Shown in pieces: positions 14,009 through 14,279 of a DNA stretch of 14,279 nucleotides. Below the pieces are notes generated by a model. The model did no database searches and was not told the origin of the DNA. It saw only the letters and a program-made list of their open reading frames with translations. How positions within the stretch are numbered: the first letter of the stretch is position 1; every line of letters begins with the position of its first letter. The stretch is from the NCBI GenBank assembly GCA_037443265.1, contig JBBIOR010000032.1, forward strand, positions 1 to 14,279, written 5' to 3'. Made by a program: the position numbers and the translations under genes. Source of the DNA: Candidatus Fraserbacteria bacterium. GTDB lineage: Bacteria > Bipolaricaulota > Bipolaricaulia > RBG-16-55-9.

Positions 14009-14279
14009 GTGGCGGTGGTCAATCCCCCGTGTGCCCCCTGGGGAGGAAGCTGGCAGAGGGGCGCGCTCTACCGCAAACTCTACGTCCTCTGCCGCACTGA
14101 GAGCTTCCCTCGCTGGAGTAATGCCCCCCGCCCGCTAAAATCAAAATGTCCGGAGGGATCAAGGAAAAAGAGCTTGGGAGCGAACAGATGCCAGTTAAGT
14201 ATGCGTACGTCTTGCGCTCGACCCAGGCTGGATAAGAGCTCCGATGCTCGGCGCTATGATCGAGCGTTTTATGGCGCAA

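Noticed and set aside
14019..14279. 86-aa minus-strand ORF, and a short plus-strand MPVKYAYVLRS peptide reminiscent of a GIY-YIG N-terminus
   Set aside because: The long ORF has no motifs or RBS. The short peptide stops after 15 codons, which is too little to call.

Overview
GC-rich bacterial window. From left to right: the 3' end of an unidentified gene; a SRAP/YedK-family DNA-repair protein; and an unusual membrane-anchored one-component regulator (2 TM + extracytoplasmic sensor + C-terminal OmpR/PhoB winged helix, with no kinase or receiver domain). A ~9.8 kb, largely translationally coupled + strand cluster follows (2451-12244): Rrf2 Fe-S regulator, Tat-exported repeat protein, two cupredoxins, a CydA-fold 'bd-like' oxidase subunit with no CydB, a membrane-bound monoheme cytochrome c, a 4-TM protein, then an apparent maturation module (Mrp/ApbC ATPase, CxxC-CxxC + PCP_red protein, AhbD/NirJ-like radical SAM + PCP_red, tandem USP with duplicated His inserts) and a third cupredoxin with an EF-hand-like tail. 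The right end holds a decayed IS701-like transposase and an AbrB/PIN type II toxin-antitoxin pair. The best candidate for an undescribed system is the cupredoxin/cytochrome c-fed bd-like oxidase with its putative cofactor-maturation module. It appears to be under dual control by an ~11-bp-periodic direct-repeat array and an Rrf2-type palindrome. All family assignments come from motif recognition by eye, not database searches.
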